Source: Lama glama (taxonomy: Eukaryota). From it: a stretch of DNA of 64,000 bases. A program made the position numbers and the translations under genes. The number at the start of each line of letters is the position of its first letter. Positions within the stretch are counted from its first letter, which is position 1. Below, one piece after another: positions 1 through 13,259 of this stretch. The notes beneath the pieces were generated by a model, which made no database searches, was not told where the DNA came from, and saw only the letters and a program-made list of their open reading frames with translations. The stretch covers positions 67,520,001 to 67,584,000 of the forward strand of contig CM052817.1 in assembly GCA_028534125.1 (NCBI GenBank), in the 5' to 3' direction.

Positions 1-1369
1 GAACTGACAAGCACATCGGGCGTTCCCTGACCTCTGTAGAGGGCAGTAAGGCTACTTCGTCCCAGTGGACCGCAGTTCTTTTAACAGCATCTAAAGCACG
101 TGAATTGCATGCTGAGTGAAGAGAAGAGGTGGGGGATACAGTCTGAAGGGTCAGAACCAGGACTATCACTTGTCATCCTATTGTTGCAGAATATCTGTGA
201 AAGTGATCCCCTTAGGTAAAGAGAAGCAGGGCTGGGGAGATGATGGTTTTCTTGGCAGATGACCGTCTTAAGAGAATGGGCTAAATTGATAATTAAATAA
301 AGCTGATGCTAAAAAGATCTGCTGGGCTTGGGGTGCAGTGAGGAGAGTGGACAGAGACACAGAGTAGGAGAGGGAGAGAGCAAAACAAGATTAATAATGA
401 GAAAGAATTCTGAGGTTTTCTGTTCAAGGAATAGGGTGAGTGAAGTGGAAAACTCAGGTGAACAGAAAACAATTATTTTAAGTTGAAAGCAATGGTAAAC
501 ATGATTTTTGGAGTAAAGTTCTCTGGGCTCTTTAATGACCTTAACTGGCTCCACTCCTTGTTTTGCATCAGTCACAGATAATACTCTGTGAGCCAAATTT
601 TAATCAGTTGCTACAAAAGGAGGTGTCTTAACTATGTTTTAGCTAATTTGTTTCCTTATCAGTTATTTCTGTACCAGGGCTCCACAGGACATACAGTAAG
701 TCTATTAAGTCTGCAGCGGTCTTAGGATGTGAGAATTTGTGGCATATTAAAACTGTCTCCTAAATGCCAGATCTGATTTTCGATCTTTGTTACATTTCGT
801 TTTTATTACCCCATGCAGAATATTGCCCTTATTCTGTGAATGAGCATCTGAAATTAGGGGAAGACCATGAGATGGTGGAGAGGGACATTTTGAAGAGGAA
901 ATTAACTTAATCCTTAAGAGGAAATATGCCATATACTATGAATGAAAATACATCATTCCATTTATCCTCCTTATTCAGGAAAGGGGGCATTATGTCTGCA
1001 GCTCGCTTCTCAATACGAAAAAGGAGGAGAAGGAAAAATAAAATCATAATAGTTAATGTTAAACTCTCATATTTCTTATAATTCATCTAAAAAATGTTGA
1101 ATTGGAGGTAGAAATAAATAGGAAGTCCCCAAACAAGACTCCCAAAAGAGCCCTTTCTTGAGACCAAATAATCCTTTGATATTCACAATCTAGATTATAG
1201 TAGAATATAATCCAATAACCACAAGAAATATATTACTAACAGGAAACAAAGCAACAGCAAAATCTCACTTTTAAATGTTTTTGAGGATTACTAAGGAGTT
1301 GACAGAAATTAATGCATTCATTTTCACAGCTTCCTGGAAGTAAATTTAAACAAAAAAGATTAGTTAAAA

Positions 1370-1490
1370 AGGCTAGCATCTGTTAAGAGCTTACCATGTG
1401 CTAACCTCTACACTCAGTGTATTGCCCTGACGCTTTACAAATCACCATAATCCATCCTTGGAACAGACCTAAAGAGGCAATATTTCAAGG
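1370..1490 (-). mobile_element. MIR fragment
   Basis: agcatctgttaagagcttaccatgtgcta...gctttacaaatcacc...aatccatccttggaac resembles a reverse-oriented MIR 3' end; highly decayed. Confidence 0.45.
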
Positions 1491-1619
1491 TATTTATATT
1501 AAAAACCCAACATCTAAATTCCTTGATAGGATATCCAAGCACCACACTTCACTGTACTTCCTGAGTAGCGAATTCATCTACGTGTTAAATTCTACAGCTT
1601 TACCATGACACATCAATTT

Positions 1620-2010
1620 AATGTCTGAAGGGAGATTTAGTTTTGGCTAATGCCTTAAAGATGTTTAAGAGCAAAACTATGCTCTTTTATAAGGAGAAAA
1701 ACTTTGAATTTAATGTAGTTAAATATTCGAAGTATTTTTGGCAAAGCCCCTAACATTAAGGGTACTGTTGCACAGATTGGAAATTAGCTGAGATTTAAAA
1801 AATAAAGAATAATTAATTACAGACCTTTATTACTTAACTTGGACTGGGACAATTTTTATTTAATAATGTATTAACAAATTAACTGGAGGGAGCTCTTGAG
1901 TTCCAGATAGCACTAGGCTTTTCCAGTCAGTGAAGAGAAAATGGATGGGAGTATGTTATGGTAAGATAACCTGAGACTGTGAGATGCCATAAAAATGGTA
2001 GCCAAGCTCC
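1620..2010 (+). mobile_element. CR1/L3-type LINE reverse-transcriptase relic
   Basis: Colinear degenerate matches to recalled CR1 RT DNA: gtatttttggcaaagccc (~KAFDKVP), gattggaaattagctgaga (~WIGNWL), ggactgggacaatttttatttaataat (~LGPVLFNIF), gagttccagatagcactaggcttttc (~KFADDTKLF). Confidence 0.45.
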
Positions 2011-2319
2011 TGTGGGAGCAGTTGGAAAGCAACACATTTAGCTATTAGTTATACCCTTTTAAAAGTCCTAGACCTGAGTATCTTTGCAGAATATTTAAGA
2101 CATTGGAAAAATTGCGTCCATAGTCAAAAAGGTGAAAAAAAGTAAAATCAAAGAGCAAATATTTTACCCATTTACAAAATAAGACCTATCTTTCACTGAA
2201 ATGGTATGTACAGCAGTTACTAACTATTGTTATACTAAAAATGAAGTCAGTGTTTTACTTGGAAGTAGGATATGTGGTTTCCAGTCCTGGGTCAAGTGCT
2301 TATTCTTGTATTCAATAAA

Positions 2320-3240
2320 TCATTCATTTAGTCATTCATTCAAAGCAAGATTTATTAAGTATTTATTATGAATCAGACACTGTGCTGGGTATAAGGAAGG
2401 GATGTGTAGATGATAAAATTACATTCCCTAAACTGAAAGATCTTATAATCTAATAGGGGAGATAGACAAAATAGCAAACAATTACAGTGGTATATTAAGT
2501 GATTAAACATAAATTTATGGAGCAAAAGGAAGGTATGAGATGAAACTACCTCAGATGAGGGCAGATGTTTCTCAGTGTGGCCAAAGTTTAACATGGAAGA
2601 AGAATGGAAGAGTGGTAATAAAACTGAGATGAAGTAGGTAGGAGCTGGATTATAAGCAACCTACTGTGCTAGGCTAAGGTGTCTGCTTACATGTTCTAAC
2701 AACTGTAAGGCATGTAAAAGTCATAGAAAATGTAAGGAGAGATGGGAAATGACAACTTTAAAATTAATTTTTCAAATAGATCAATACTGTTATGGAGACT
2801 AAATTGGATGGCATTCGAATCTGGAGACAAAGGAAAACTTAGAATACTACTGAAAAAAATTGGGTAAGAAATAGGACGGACTTTATATGGAAATGAAGAG
2901 AAAATTGGTGAATTGGGTGACCTACTGGAATGAGAGATAAGTAAGGAAGGAGTCATGGATAAACTGCATATTTCTGGGTTAGGCAACTGGGTAGACAATG
3001 AAAATATCACTCAGCAAAACAGGAAGAGTAGGTTTGTTTTAAATAATTTGGGGACCTATTAATTTTGAAGAGCCTTTGTGACCTCCAAGAGAAGCACAAC
3101 AAATATTTCAGTCTACACAAAAGCCTGGACATAAAATAGATATCTATAATGCAGACACAGATTTTAGAGTTTTCAAAATGTATACGATAGTTGCAGCCAG
3201 GAGTTTGAATAAGAATGAGACTAGAAGATTGTCTAGTGAT
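2320..3240 (-). mobile_element. L2 LINE (3' portion)
   Basis: Starts with tcattcatttagtcattcattca...atttattaagt...cagacactgtgctggg (reverse complement of the L2 3' tail), followed by purine-rich L2 body motifs such as ggagtcatggataaactgcatatttctgggttaggcaactgggtag. Confidence 0.8.
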
Positions 3241-3249
3241 GGAACCTTG

Positions 3250-5868
3250 AGAGTCCTCAACGATCTACCAACAATATAGCACTATATTATAGATACAAAT
3301 GTGTATATACATACACTTTTCAATTCCACATTGAAAATTCACACAAAGTATATTTCCAGATCATTATGGAATTAAAGAAGCAGTTAATTCAAGAAATATA
3401 TATATGTAGAAAATTCTCAAGTATTTGGAAGTTAAACAATGTAGTTCTATGTAACCTGTGGGCCAAAGAAGAAATCTCAAGAGAAATTGGAAACCATTTT
3501 GAACTGACTGAAAATGAAAATAGAGCATAGGAAAACTTGCAGGACGCAGCTAAAGTAATACTTACAAGTAAATTTATAATATTAAAATGCTATATCAGAA
3601 GAGTAGAAATTCTCAGTCAATAATCTAAGTTTCCCTTTTAAGAAGTAGAAAAAGAAGAGCATGCTGAACACAAATTAAGCAGAAGGAAGTATATGTTAAA
3701 GATAATAGCAGAAGTCAATAAAATTAAAAACAAAAATAGAAAAAAACAATGAAAACAAAAATTGATACTGTGAAAAATCAATAAAATTGATAACCCTGTA
3801 ACCAGACTTATAAAGAAAAAAAAAACAGAGAGGAGAGGAGGGAGAGAGGGAGAGAAAAAAATAAAAACTACAAATATCAGAAACAAAAGAAGTGAAACCA
3901 TTAGACTCCACAGACCTTATAAGTAAAAGAATACTAGAAACAATCTATATGCACACATTCAAAAACATAGATAAAGTGGGCCAATTTCTTCAAAGATACA
4001 AACTACCAAAACTTACTTGAGAAGAAATAGATAATTTTTCTCTACTGAATTTGTAATTAATTTTTTTAAGCAAGATCCAGAATGGACTTTCACCATTGAA
4101 TTCTACTAAACATTTAAGGAACAAATAATAAAAATTCTGTACAATTTCTTTCAAAAAGTAGAAGAGGAGATAACAACTCACAACTCGTTTGGTAAGGCAA
4201 GCATACCCTAATTCCAGAACCAAATAGGCATTACAGGAAAACTATAGACCAGCAAACCTTATAAATAGTAGTTAAAAACTTAACAACATAATGGTAAATT
4301 AAATCCAATAATATACACAAAGGATAATACAACATGACCAAGTGGGTGCTTTTTCTAGAAACGTATACCTGGTACAATATTTAAAAATCAAACACCGTAA
4401 CTCACCATATTAACAGACTAAAGAAGAAAATACACATGATTATCTTCATACATGGGGGAAAACTTTTAATAAATTTCAATATCCATTTGTGACAAAAGTC
4501 TCAGCTAACTAGGAATAGAGGGAAAACCCTTAACCAGAAAAAGGCTATCTTGAAAAAAAAAAAGTTACCATAATAGATAATGATGAAAAATTTAATGTAG
4601 TCTTCTTAAGATCTGGAACAATGTAAGGATGTCTTTTCTCTTTACACCTATTCAACAGAACACTGGAAGTCTTACCTAGTACAATAAGGCAAGGAAAAGA
4701 AACAAAAGACATTCAGCTGGAAAAGATGAAATAAAATCTGTCTCTCTTTGTAGATAACTTCTCAGAGAATCTATAGAAAAGTTCCCAGTAAATGAGCACA
4801 GAAAAGTTTCAGATAAAACGTCAATATACAAAATCAATTTTATTTCTGTGCACTTGTAATGAATTTGAAATTTCTCAGAAAACCATTTACAATAGCACTG
4901 AAAAAAATGAAATTTTAGATAGAAATCTAAAAACATAATCTCAAGGTCTGTATGCTAAAAATTATAAACACTGATGAAAAAATCATAGACAAATAAATGG
5001 AGAAATGTACTGTGCTCCTGTGTTAGAAGACTGAATACGATAACTCTGTTTAATTTAATCCATAGACTTACAATACAAATGAAAATTGTAGCAGACTTTT
5101 TGTAGATACTGACTAGTTGATTCTAAAGAACTAGAAGAGCTAAGCAATTCTAGAAAAGAAGAACTAAGTTCTAGGAATCACACTACCCAATTTTAGAACT
5201 TACTATAAAGTTACATTAATCAACAAGGTTGGTATCGGTGAGGACAGACATATAGATCAATGGAAAAAAAACAGAGAGCCCAGAAATAGGCCCTTATAAA
5301 TAGTCAACTGGTTTGTGACAAATATGGAAAGGCAATTCATGGAGAAAGATTAGTCTTTTCAATAAATGGTGCTAGAATAATTGGATATCAACAAGCAATC
5401 TATATATCTCAGACTTTACACAAAAAATTAATCAGAACAGATCCTTAGCCTAAATGTAGATATAAAACTATAAAACTTCTAGAAGAAAATATAAGAGAAG
5501 ATCTGAATGACCTTGAGTTTGTTGACACAGCTTTTAGACACATCACCAAAACCATAATCTGTAAAAGAAAATATTGATAAATTGAACTTTATCAAACTAA
5601 AATATTTTGCTCTGATAAATGCACCCTTAAAAGAATGAAAAGAAAAATCACAGACAAGGAGAAAACATTTGCAAATCACACTTTTGACAAAAAACTTGTA
5701 TTTAGACTATGAAACAAATTCTCCAAACACAACAGTAATAAACAACCCAATAAAACAAGTTGGCAAAAGATCTAAACAGGCACTTCACCAAAGAGAATAT
5801 ATGCATGGCAAATAAGTACATAAAGAGATAGTCAGTTAGGGAAATGCAAATTAAAACTATGTGATACC
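3250..5868 (+). mobile_element. Old L1 (L1MC/L1MD-like) ORF2, disrupted
   Basis: Translates in pieces to L1 ORF2-like text (PDHYGIK..., WAKEEISREIGNHFELTENEN..., NLQDAAKVIL...); RT-region motifs catgaccaagtggg and tattcaacagaacactggaagtc; many stops and frameshifts. Confidence 0.9.
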
Positions 5869-6255
5869 CATGAAAAATGCTCAGTACTGCTAATTATTAG
5901 AGAAATGCAAATCAAAATAACAAGGTATTACCTCACACCTATCAGAATGGCTTTTGTTAAAAAGTCCACAAACACTAAATGCTGGAGAGGGTGTGGAGAA
6001 AAGGGAACCCTCCTACACTGTTTGGTGCAGCCATTATGGAAAACGGTATAGAGATTGCTTCAAAAACTGATCCAGTAATCCCATTCCTAGGCATATATCC
6101 AGAAGAAACTCTAATGTGAAAAGATACATGCACTCTAATGTTCATAGCAGCACTATTTATAGTAGCCAAGACATGGAAGCAATCTAAATGTCCTCAACAG
6201 ATGACTAGGTAAAGAAGTTGTGGTATATATATATATACACACACCACTGGAATGC
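5869..6255 (+). mobile_element. Younger L1 ORF2 3' segment embedded in the old L1
   Basis: Low-divergence L1 text (aaatgctggagagggtgtggagaaaagggaaccctcctacactg; agccaagacatggaagcaatctaaatgtcc); aligns well by eye to the reverse complement of 29490-29630. Confidence 0.85.
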
Positions 6256-7555
6256 TGGAGTCATAGCCATCAGTATGGACTCAAGGATATCATTTAAGAT
6301 AGTTGCACAGAGAGGTACAGATTAGATAGATAGATGATTGACAGATAAACAGAGATGTATGTTTATGCCTGGGTTAATATATACACATATTTCCTAGGTC
6401 TGCTGATGAGAAGTATTAGAAGCAGTGACATCCCTGTAGCAATGAGCATAACTGCTATCTAGATATTTTGGTTTCTAAATATTATTCTTCAATAAAAGCA
6501 ACCAGAGGTCCTTTAGAAGTGGTTGTTCCCAGGGCTGGGGCAGGGAAAAGAAGAGATAAACCTTAACTATCTTGCAGTACTATGAAGGGAAATAAAAAAC
6601 ATGCAAAGAAAAAAGAATTTTTTAAGAGTGAGGGTGTATCCTGCATTTGGCTCATTATAGCTAAGATTAAAACTTGAGAGACAAAATAAATAACAATAGT
6701 ATTAGATTATAACTCAGAAAATAAAACAATTATCCATGAGTTCATACTGATATAAATAAGATAAAATATAAATATAAATAAGATATAAATGAGATAAAAG
6801 GTATAATGCTTCCCTATAAAAGATTACAAGTAATAAATATGGAAAATTGAAACTCACCATTAGGAGAGCATGGTACTAACTGATGCAGGTAGGAATCACC
6901 TCTGGATGCTACAAGTCATGGTGAAAATTTAAACAGAAATAGGACAGTTGCAAATTCTCAAAGTACCTGCCTCCATATATTTATTTATCATAAAGGGGAA
7001 AACAGTAAGCTTACAATGGATAACCTGGCACATACTTTAACCAAATTATCAAAGTTAGCATCAAGATGAATGCATATCAATATCAGTTACCCTGATTTGA
7101 TGTCCTGAGAAGGGTACATCACCTACATCAGCCATTCTTCTTCCAAGAATGCAGAAACTTGATCTAACTATGAAAACATACTTGACAAACATAAATAAAT
7201 GGATATTCTACATACAAATCCACCTTTCAAATATGTCAAGATTGTGAAAGAGAAGGTCATCAAGAAAAGGAGAGACTAATGAGACATGACATCCAAGTGC
7301 ACGGTAGAAACTTGTATTGGATCCCAGAACACAAAAGGGACAGTAATAGGAGAACCAGTAAAATCTGAGTAAAATGTGTAGTTTAATTACTAGCATTATA
7401 CCAGTGTTCATTTTTGACTTTTGATAAATATATGATAATTATGTATGATGTTAACTACAGGGAAATCTGGGTAAATGATATGGGAATTCTCTGTCACACT
7501 TTTGCAATGCTTGTGTAATTATAAGATATCTCAAAATTAAATGTCAAAAAGAAAG
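6256..7555 (+). mobile_element. L1MC/L1MD-type 3' UTR
   Basis: Diagnostic blocks agaagcagtgacatccctgtagcaatgagca, agatattttggtttctaaatattattcttcaataaaag, cagggctggggcagggaaaa, tatccatgagttcatactgatataaata; ends tttgcaatgcttgtgtaatt...aaaa. Confidence 0.85.
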
Positions 7556-7559
7556 TATT

Positions 7560-8240
7560 GATGATATTGAGCAATGGAAATTTATACACTGACATTCATC
7601 ATCAGTATAAAATATAACTTGCTACAAATTCTTTGAAAAACCACCTAGCCTCTTCTCAAAATAATCCTATAAATACCCTATTTTGCAATAATTCCACTTC
7701 TAGGGATATATCCTACAGATAGGTATACATATGCAATCCAAAAGATATATGCAATATTGTGCTTGGTAACATTCATTAAAATAGTAAAAAGTTGGAAACA
7801 AATCCAGCGTCTGTCAATAGCAGAATGGATACATTTTGGTACGTACATTTGGTTCCATACAGTGAAATACTACACTGTAATGGAACTGAACATACTACTG
7901 TTATATTTTTTTAAAATGGATGAATCTCATAAGGGTAAGGTTGAGTGAAAGAAGCTGAACACAAAAGAATATGTATTGCATGATTTCATTTACATGAAAT
8001 TCAAAACTCAGCAAGCTAATCTGTGGTGTTCCAGGTCAGGATAGTGGCTCCCATAAAGGAGAAGGACGGGTCTCATGATTGGGAAGGGAAGCAAAGAGTG
8101 CTCTGGGATGCTGGTAATCTTCCAGTTCTTGAGCTCGATAGTTGTAGGAATTTATTCACTTTGTAAAATTCATTAAGCTATACATGTGAGGTCTCTATAT
8201 TTTTTCACATGCATATTATAAATTTTAATATAAGTAAAGT
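7560..8240 (+). mobile_element. L1ME-type 3' end
   Basis: aattccacttctagggatatatcctacaga; atggatgaatctcata...ttgagtgaaagaagc; ctctgggatgctggtaatcttc; attcactttgtaaaattcattaagctatac. Confidence 0.85.
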
Positions 8241-8499
8241 TTGTTTTTTTTGTTTTTTTTAAGGCAAAGGATTCCTTGGCTACTCTATTGTGCATAGACC
8301 TCAGGGATGCCAGAATGGTAGCAGAGTGATCAGTTAGACAATTGCACATTACAAAAAAATTAAAATATCTTATTTATAATATTTTTCTAAAACAGGAGAA
8401 AGATAAAAATACTGGACCTCAATATCATATAAATGATGAGAGATGATCTCAAAAGTGTTCTGAAGTCCTAATGGTCTTCAGAAGTGGATTAAGACTGAT

Positions 8500-9580
8500 T
8501 AACTTTGTTAAGCATGAATGTTAAAATTTCAAGAATAATTCCAAAAGGAAAAAAAAATAGATCTTATTCTTCTGAAGAAGTAGAACAGAAAAATGGGATG
8601 AGAAAACAAAGCTCAATTAATCAAGAAAAAGAAGCATAAACAAATGAGACAATTAGGAAACACAAAATAAGTCGTAGAAACAAGTCAAATATCAGCAACC
8701 ACGGCTGAAGGAACTGACTTCCTTTCAAAAAAGAGAAGAATTTTCAGCTTGGAGAATAAATCCAGCCTTATGTTGTTTTCAAAAAGACACACCTAAAACA
8801 TAAGCTGTTAAAAGGCTGAAAGTAAAAGGATGCTAAAGATACAGTAAGCAAATAGCAACTAAAATAAAACAAGAGTATCTATATTAATTTTATGTCAAAG
8901 GAAGAATTCATAGAACTAAAAAAGGTATGGGTAATGATTTAATGAAACTTTCAACATAGAAGATTGATGTACTCAAAACTTATAGCACCTTACAAAATAG
9001 CTTAAAAACAAAACCATACCAGAACTACAGAGAGAAGTCGATCCCCACCATCATAGTGGGGGTTGGAGATTTTCAATACACCTCTCCATACTGTTTGTAG
9101 GTAATGCAGACTAAAATTTTGGTGAAGCTAAAGAACACAGCAATCTTGATTGAGAGGACTTACATAGAACCCTAGGTCTGGTAACTACAGAATTCCCATC
9201 TGTCTCAGATACACATGAGCCACATGCTAAAAGAGGGGGAGGGGCAAATACTAGGTAATCCTCTACTAAATTTCAAAGCATATGTATCATACAGAATATT
9301 TACTCTGACTACAATGAAATTGTTCCAAAACAAAACAAAGATATATTTTAAAAGATAGATTTAAAAAAAATTTTTAAAGCACTTCTAAAAATTAATTGAT
9401 CTAAACCAAATTGATCCAAAATGAAATGATAATTTGGAACTGAATAATAAGGAAAGTACTTCATATGAAAACTTGGAGATGCAATGCAAGCAGAAATTTG
9501 AGGGAGATTTTAGTCTTAAATGCTCCAAATGCATGAGGCTAAAATTAATTCGCAAAAAAAAACCTATCTGAAAAAGCAAG
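8500..9580 (+). mobile_element. Very old L1 inter-ORF/ORF2 endonuclease region
   Basis: agacacacctaaaacataag, aaagtaaaaggatg, atcatagtggg...gagattttcaatacacctctc, tctgactacaatgaaatt, atatgaaaacttggagatgca: L1 EN-domain motifs in order. Confidence 0.75.
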
Positions 9581-10544
9581 AATAAGCCAGATCAGTTATG
9601 AGCAGAAGTAGGTGGTAGGAGAGAAAGGTGTCTAGATAGATTTTACGCTTATTTTTATTATTTGCCAAAAATGCTGAGTAGCTACAGAATTGCCAATTGC
9701 TGTAAAGAAGCCAAAGATACGCAAAAACTGCTCCTGCCTTCAAGGAAGACTTTACAAGTCACAGTGAAAAATAAAGATTAGCCAGCAGGAACAGAGGTTT
9801 GTAAGCAAAGCCTGGGTCTGGCAGATCAGCTGTGGTGATGAGAACTGATGAGTCAGGGCAGCCATCACCAGTAACTCTTCAGACTGAGACCATCAACTGC
9901 TGGCCTCCAGAGATGGGTGCAGGAGAAAGGTGTGTGTCCTTAAGGGAGATTCCAGCTTCAGATAAAGAAGGAAGTGGAAGCAGCTTTCAATGAAGAGACT
10001 AGAGGGTGTGGGGAGCTTTGTTTACCATGATACGAGGTACCAGAGGAAGGAAAGAAAATGGTTAGGAGCAAAGAAGTGGGAAAGTGACTCTGGGAAGAAT
10101 GACATGACAGTCCTAGAATGAGTAGAAATGAGAGCAACGGGCAGCAGAGACTTTCACACAGACCTTGGCCAAGAAAAAGAAAACGTGAGGCAAAAGGCAT
10201 TTTCCCTTCTCAGGATTTTAAGTGAAATGCTGGAGGAATACCATATTATTCTCCTGCAAGCTAGAGCTTTCAAAATGCTGCAAGCTTGGGGATTCTGGCA
10301 AAATGAAGCCTTTAGCCAAAATTCTAATGAAACACTGTTAAGAAATGTTGAAGGAAAAAGTGTCAAATCAGAGGAGTCCCAGGACAATTAGAACCAACTT
10401 GGTCACATCAGAGGAAATCCACTCTGCTGCAGGAGTGATGGTTTAATTGGTTTCTAAGAACGTTTCCTGGGGTGGGTCTCCAGCAACAGTTGATTCTGGT
10501 TTCATTTGATGGAACCAGGTTGCATTGTTCCAACATTTAAGAGT

Positions 10545-10725
10545 TGTGTGGCCTAAGTCGAAGTAGTTCTTAAACTTCTTTAGTTTTTATTTTTACTCTT
10601 TATACATAAAATTGAGAAAACGATACAGGAATCTTGAGATGATCGCTGATAATGGAGAAAAATGCCTAGCACAGTAGGCGTCTGCCACATGGTAGGTAGT
10701 TCATAAATTGTAACTCATCATTCTT
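10545..10725 (+). mobile_element. MIR
   Basis: gtgtggcct...cttaaacttctttagttt...taaaattgag...aatgcctagcacagtag...ctgccacatggtaggtagttcataaat. Confidence 0.6.
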
Positions 10726-11067
10726 GTTGTCATGTACTGCAGATCACCACTGCGTCTACAAGTTACAGGCATACCTCAGTGCTTTCAAGATTCCCAGTCC
10801 TTTATCACACAGGTACATGACAACCTCTACCTCCTAGCCAGTCCACCAGATCAGTGGTTTTACTTGCTTTATTGCGTCCTGTTGACCAGTTCCAGCTTCC
10901 TCTTCAAAGCTGCCTCACATTGTCCACGTTGATACTGCCTACCACCTCCCCCAGGGGGTGTGGGGAGGGACAGTAGGACAGCAGACAGCCTTTTATGCTG
11001 CCCTTTACATGCTAGCTCTAATTCTTTTATGCTACTCTCTGCTTTCCTCTCTTTTATCCAGCTCTTG

Positions 11068-11345
11068 ATTCATTCATTTATCAAACATTATTGAGTGTCT
11101 AGGTACTAGGTTGGACACCAGTGATACAAAGTTGACAAAGGCACAGTCATGCCCTGAAGGATGTTACAGTCCAGTGGGAGAAACAGATGTAAGCAGATAC
11201 CCACAGTGCAATTAGATAAATGGTAATGGCAGGGTTTCCATGGTACTTTGGGAGCACAAATGAGGCAACTAACTCTTCTGGCACAGATAGAAGAAGGTTT
11301 CACAGAGGTATCTGAGCATCTTTTGAAAAGATGATTAAGGGTCAC
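11068..11345 (-). mobile_element. L2 3' end
   Basis: attcattcatttatcaaacattattgagtgtcta...cacagtcatgccctgaagg...ttacagtccagtgggagaaacagat. Confidence 0.8.
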
Positions 11346-12662
11346 CAGTCCATGCAGTGGCAGTGAGGATGGAGACAGAGAGGAGAGAGGAAAAGGGAGT
11401 CACTACAGACCAAGGATTTGGGGGTGTGTGCGGTGGGTCAGGGAGAGGAGGGAGTTTCAGGAGACAAAATCTGGATGTTGGCTTAGCTTCAAGATTTAAA
11501 GGGAAGGCTCAGGAAAAAAAATGAAATTCAGGGAAAAATAAAATAATATTTCTCAAAGATACTTTGCTTGGATTAAAGAAAAAAATTTTTTTTCTACAAA
11601 TGCCTAGGATTGCTCAAGGCAAGAGAGTACGTGTTTCCGGTAATTCCTACTGAAAAGATGAAATCTTTGATTCATGTCATACTTCATAGAGATGTTGTGG
11701 TAAACAAAATTATCAAGGCAACTTTTGGCATCATCTAGGGAAGACAGTTAAGTTCAGTTGGAGGTAATCGTAATTGCTCTTACCTTTCTTCCGCCTTCTC
11801 CTTGTGGTGCAGTTCAGTCGGCATCACTACCTGTCTTGTCTTTATAAGCATCTCCTTGTAATGGGAAGAAAGGACAAGGATGACGGCTATGGCAACCTGG
11901 TGTCTGCATTTGCACCTCCAATGCCCTTACAGCCATTCCCAGCCTGCAAAAATAAATGAAATAAAATAAGTTCTCACCACCTCTTCTGCCTTAACAAAAA
12001 GTAACATTATAGAAAAGTAAGCCCAATCTAATGAGGGCAATCAGCAAAAATGCAACCTCTTGACTTCAGCTTTAACTCCCACATCCCAAGACCAGTAGGT
12101 TACACACGAGTCTCTGTTGGGAAAAGCTTCCCTCAAGAGTTATTAGGAACAAAACCATATTATAGGATGAAGTAGAGAAAAAAATGTTCCCGAAGTGTTG
12201 AAGTGCAGGAAGAGTATGCTAACTGAGACAAAAAATTGACAAAACAAACACACTTTCAAAACTCTGCCAGGTTCTGTCCTTGAACCTAGATTCTCCCCCC
12301 AGCTCTTACAACGGACATATTTCCTGTGGGTTTCCATCATTCCCTCATTTATGAGGGAACAGATCTAGAAGAGTGGACTTTTCCCTAAGCCCTCGAACTC
12401 TTCAGAGCGCCTTGGTAGGTCAGACCTGAGAAATAGAGGAAGAGCAGAACACATTTGTGTATGACTTTCTCACAAGTATTTACAGGTCAAACACCCTAAT
12501 ACTGCTAAGGGTTGTCTTATGTGGGCATGGTTAGTTGGGATTTGTTTCATCTTAGGTAAAGACTGGTGTCAGCAATTTAGTGAATATTAGAAATGTGTCT
12601 GTTTCCAGATACAGTACAGATAATGCACAGTACCACATCTCCTTGTCCTGTGGAGATTTATT

Positions 12663-12825
12663 GTCCTTTTTTCAGTTGAAGTATACTCGACATGTAACAT
12701 CATATTAGTTTCAAGTGTACAACACAGTGATTTGATATTTAGTATATATTGCAAAATGATTACCACAGCAAGGCTAGTTAACCTCTAGTCAACATGTTTC
12801 AGGCCACGCACGCACCCCACTTCCC
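12663..12825 (-). mobile_element. Short L1 3'-terminal insertion with 19-bp TSD
   Basis: ttttttcagttgaagtatactcgacatgtaacatcatattagtttcaagtgtacaacacagtgatttg is a reversed L1 3' terminus; flanked by tgtcctgtggag(a/c)tttatt at 12644-12662 and 12826-12844. Confidence 0.8.
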
Positions 12826-13259
12826 TGTCCTGTGGAGCTTTATTCTAACTCTTATGTTGCGATAGGCACCAATTTAAAATTTAAATTTTAAAGCATCAGA
12901 ACAAGAAAGTGCCAAAGATAATCATCTAATGAGCAAAATCCCCACTCCTATGTTGAAACTGAAATTAAGAGAGGTTGAAATGTTTGGTTACCTTAACCTG
13001 GTATCTCACATCAAGGAAATGGCTTAATGTTAATGCTGGGTGAATCACTAGAGTTTCAGCACATTTAAAGAGAGGAGGAGCAGACATTTTAATTACTGTG
13101 AAGCTACTCATGATCACAGAAGAAATATTTTCTTACTCTTCTGTAAATAACACTGAACCCTTTTTATCTCCATCAGCCCCAACCACTGTGGTACCATTTT
13201 GCATGCAGACCAGTCAGGCTGAGGAGCATTAAATTTAATTTGTGCAAAAGTTGAAGGTG

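Noticed and set aside
3250..5868. Retrotransposition-competent L1
   Set aside because: No 5' UTR or ORF1; ORF2 has many stops, frameshifts and deletions
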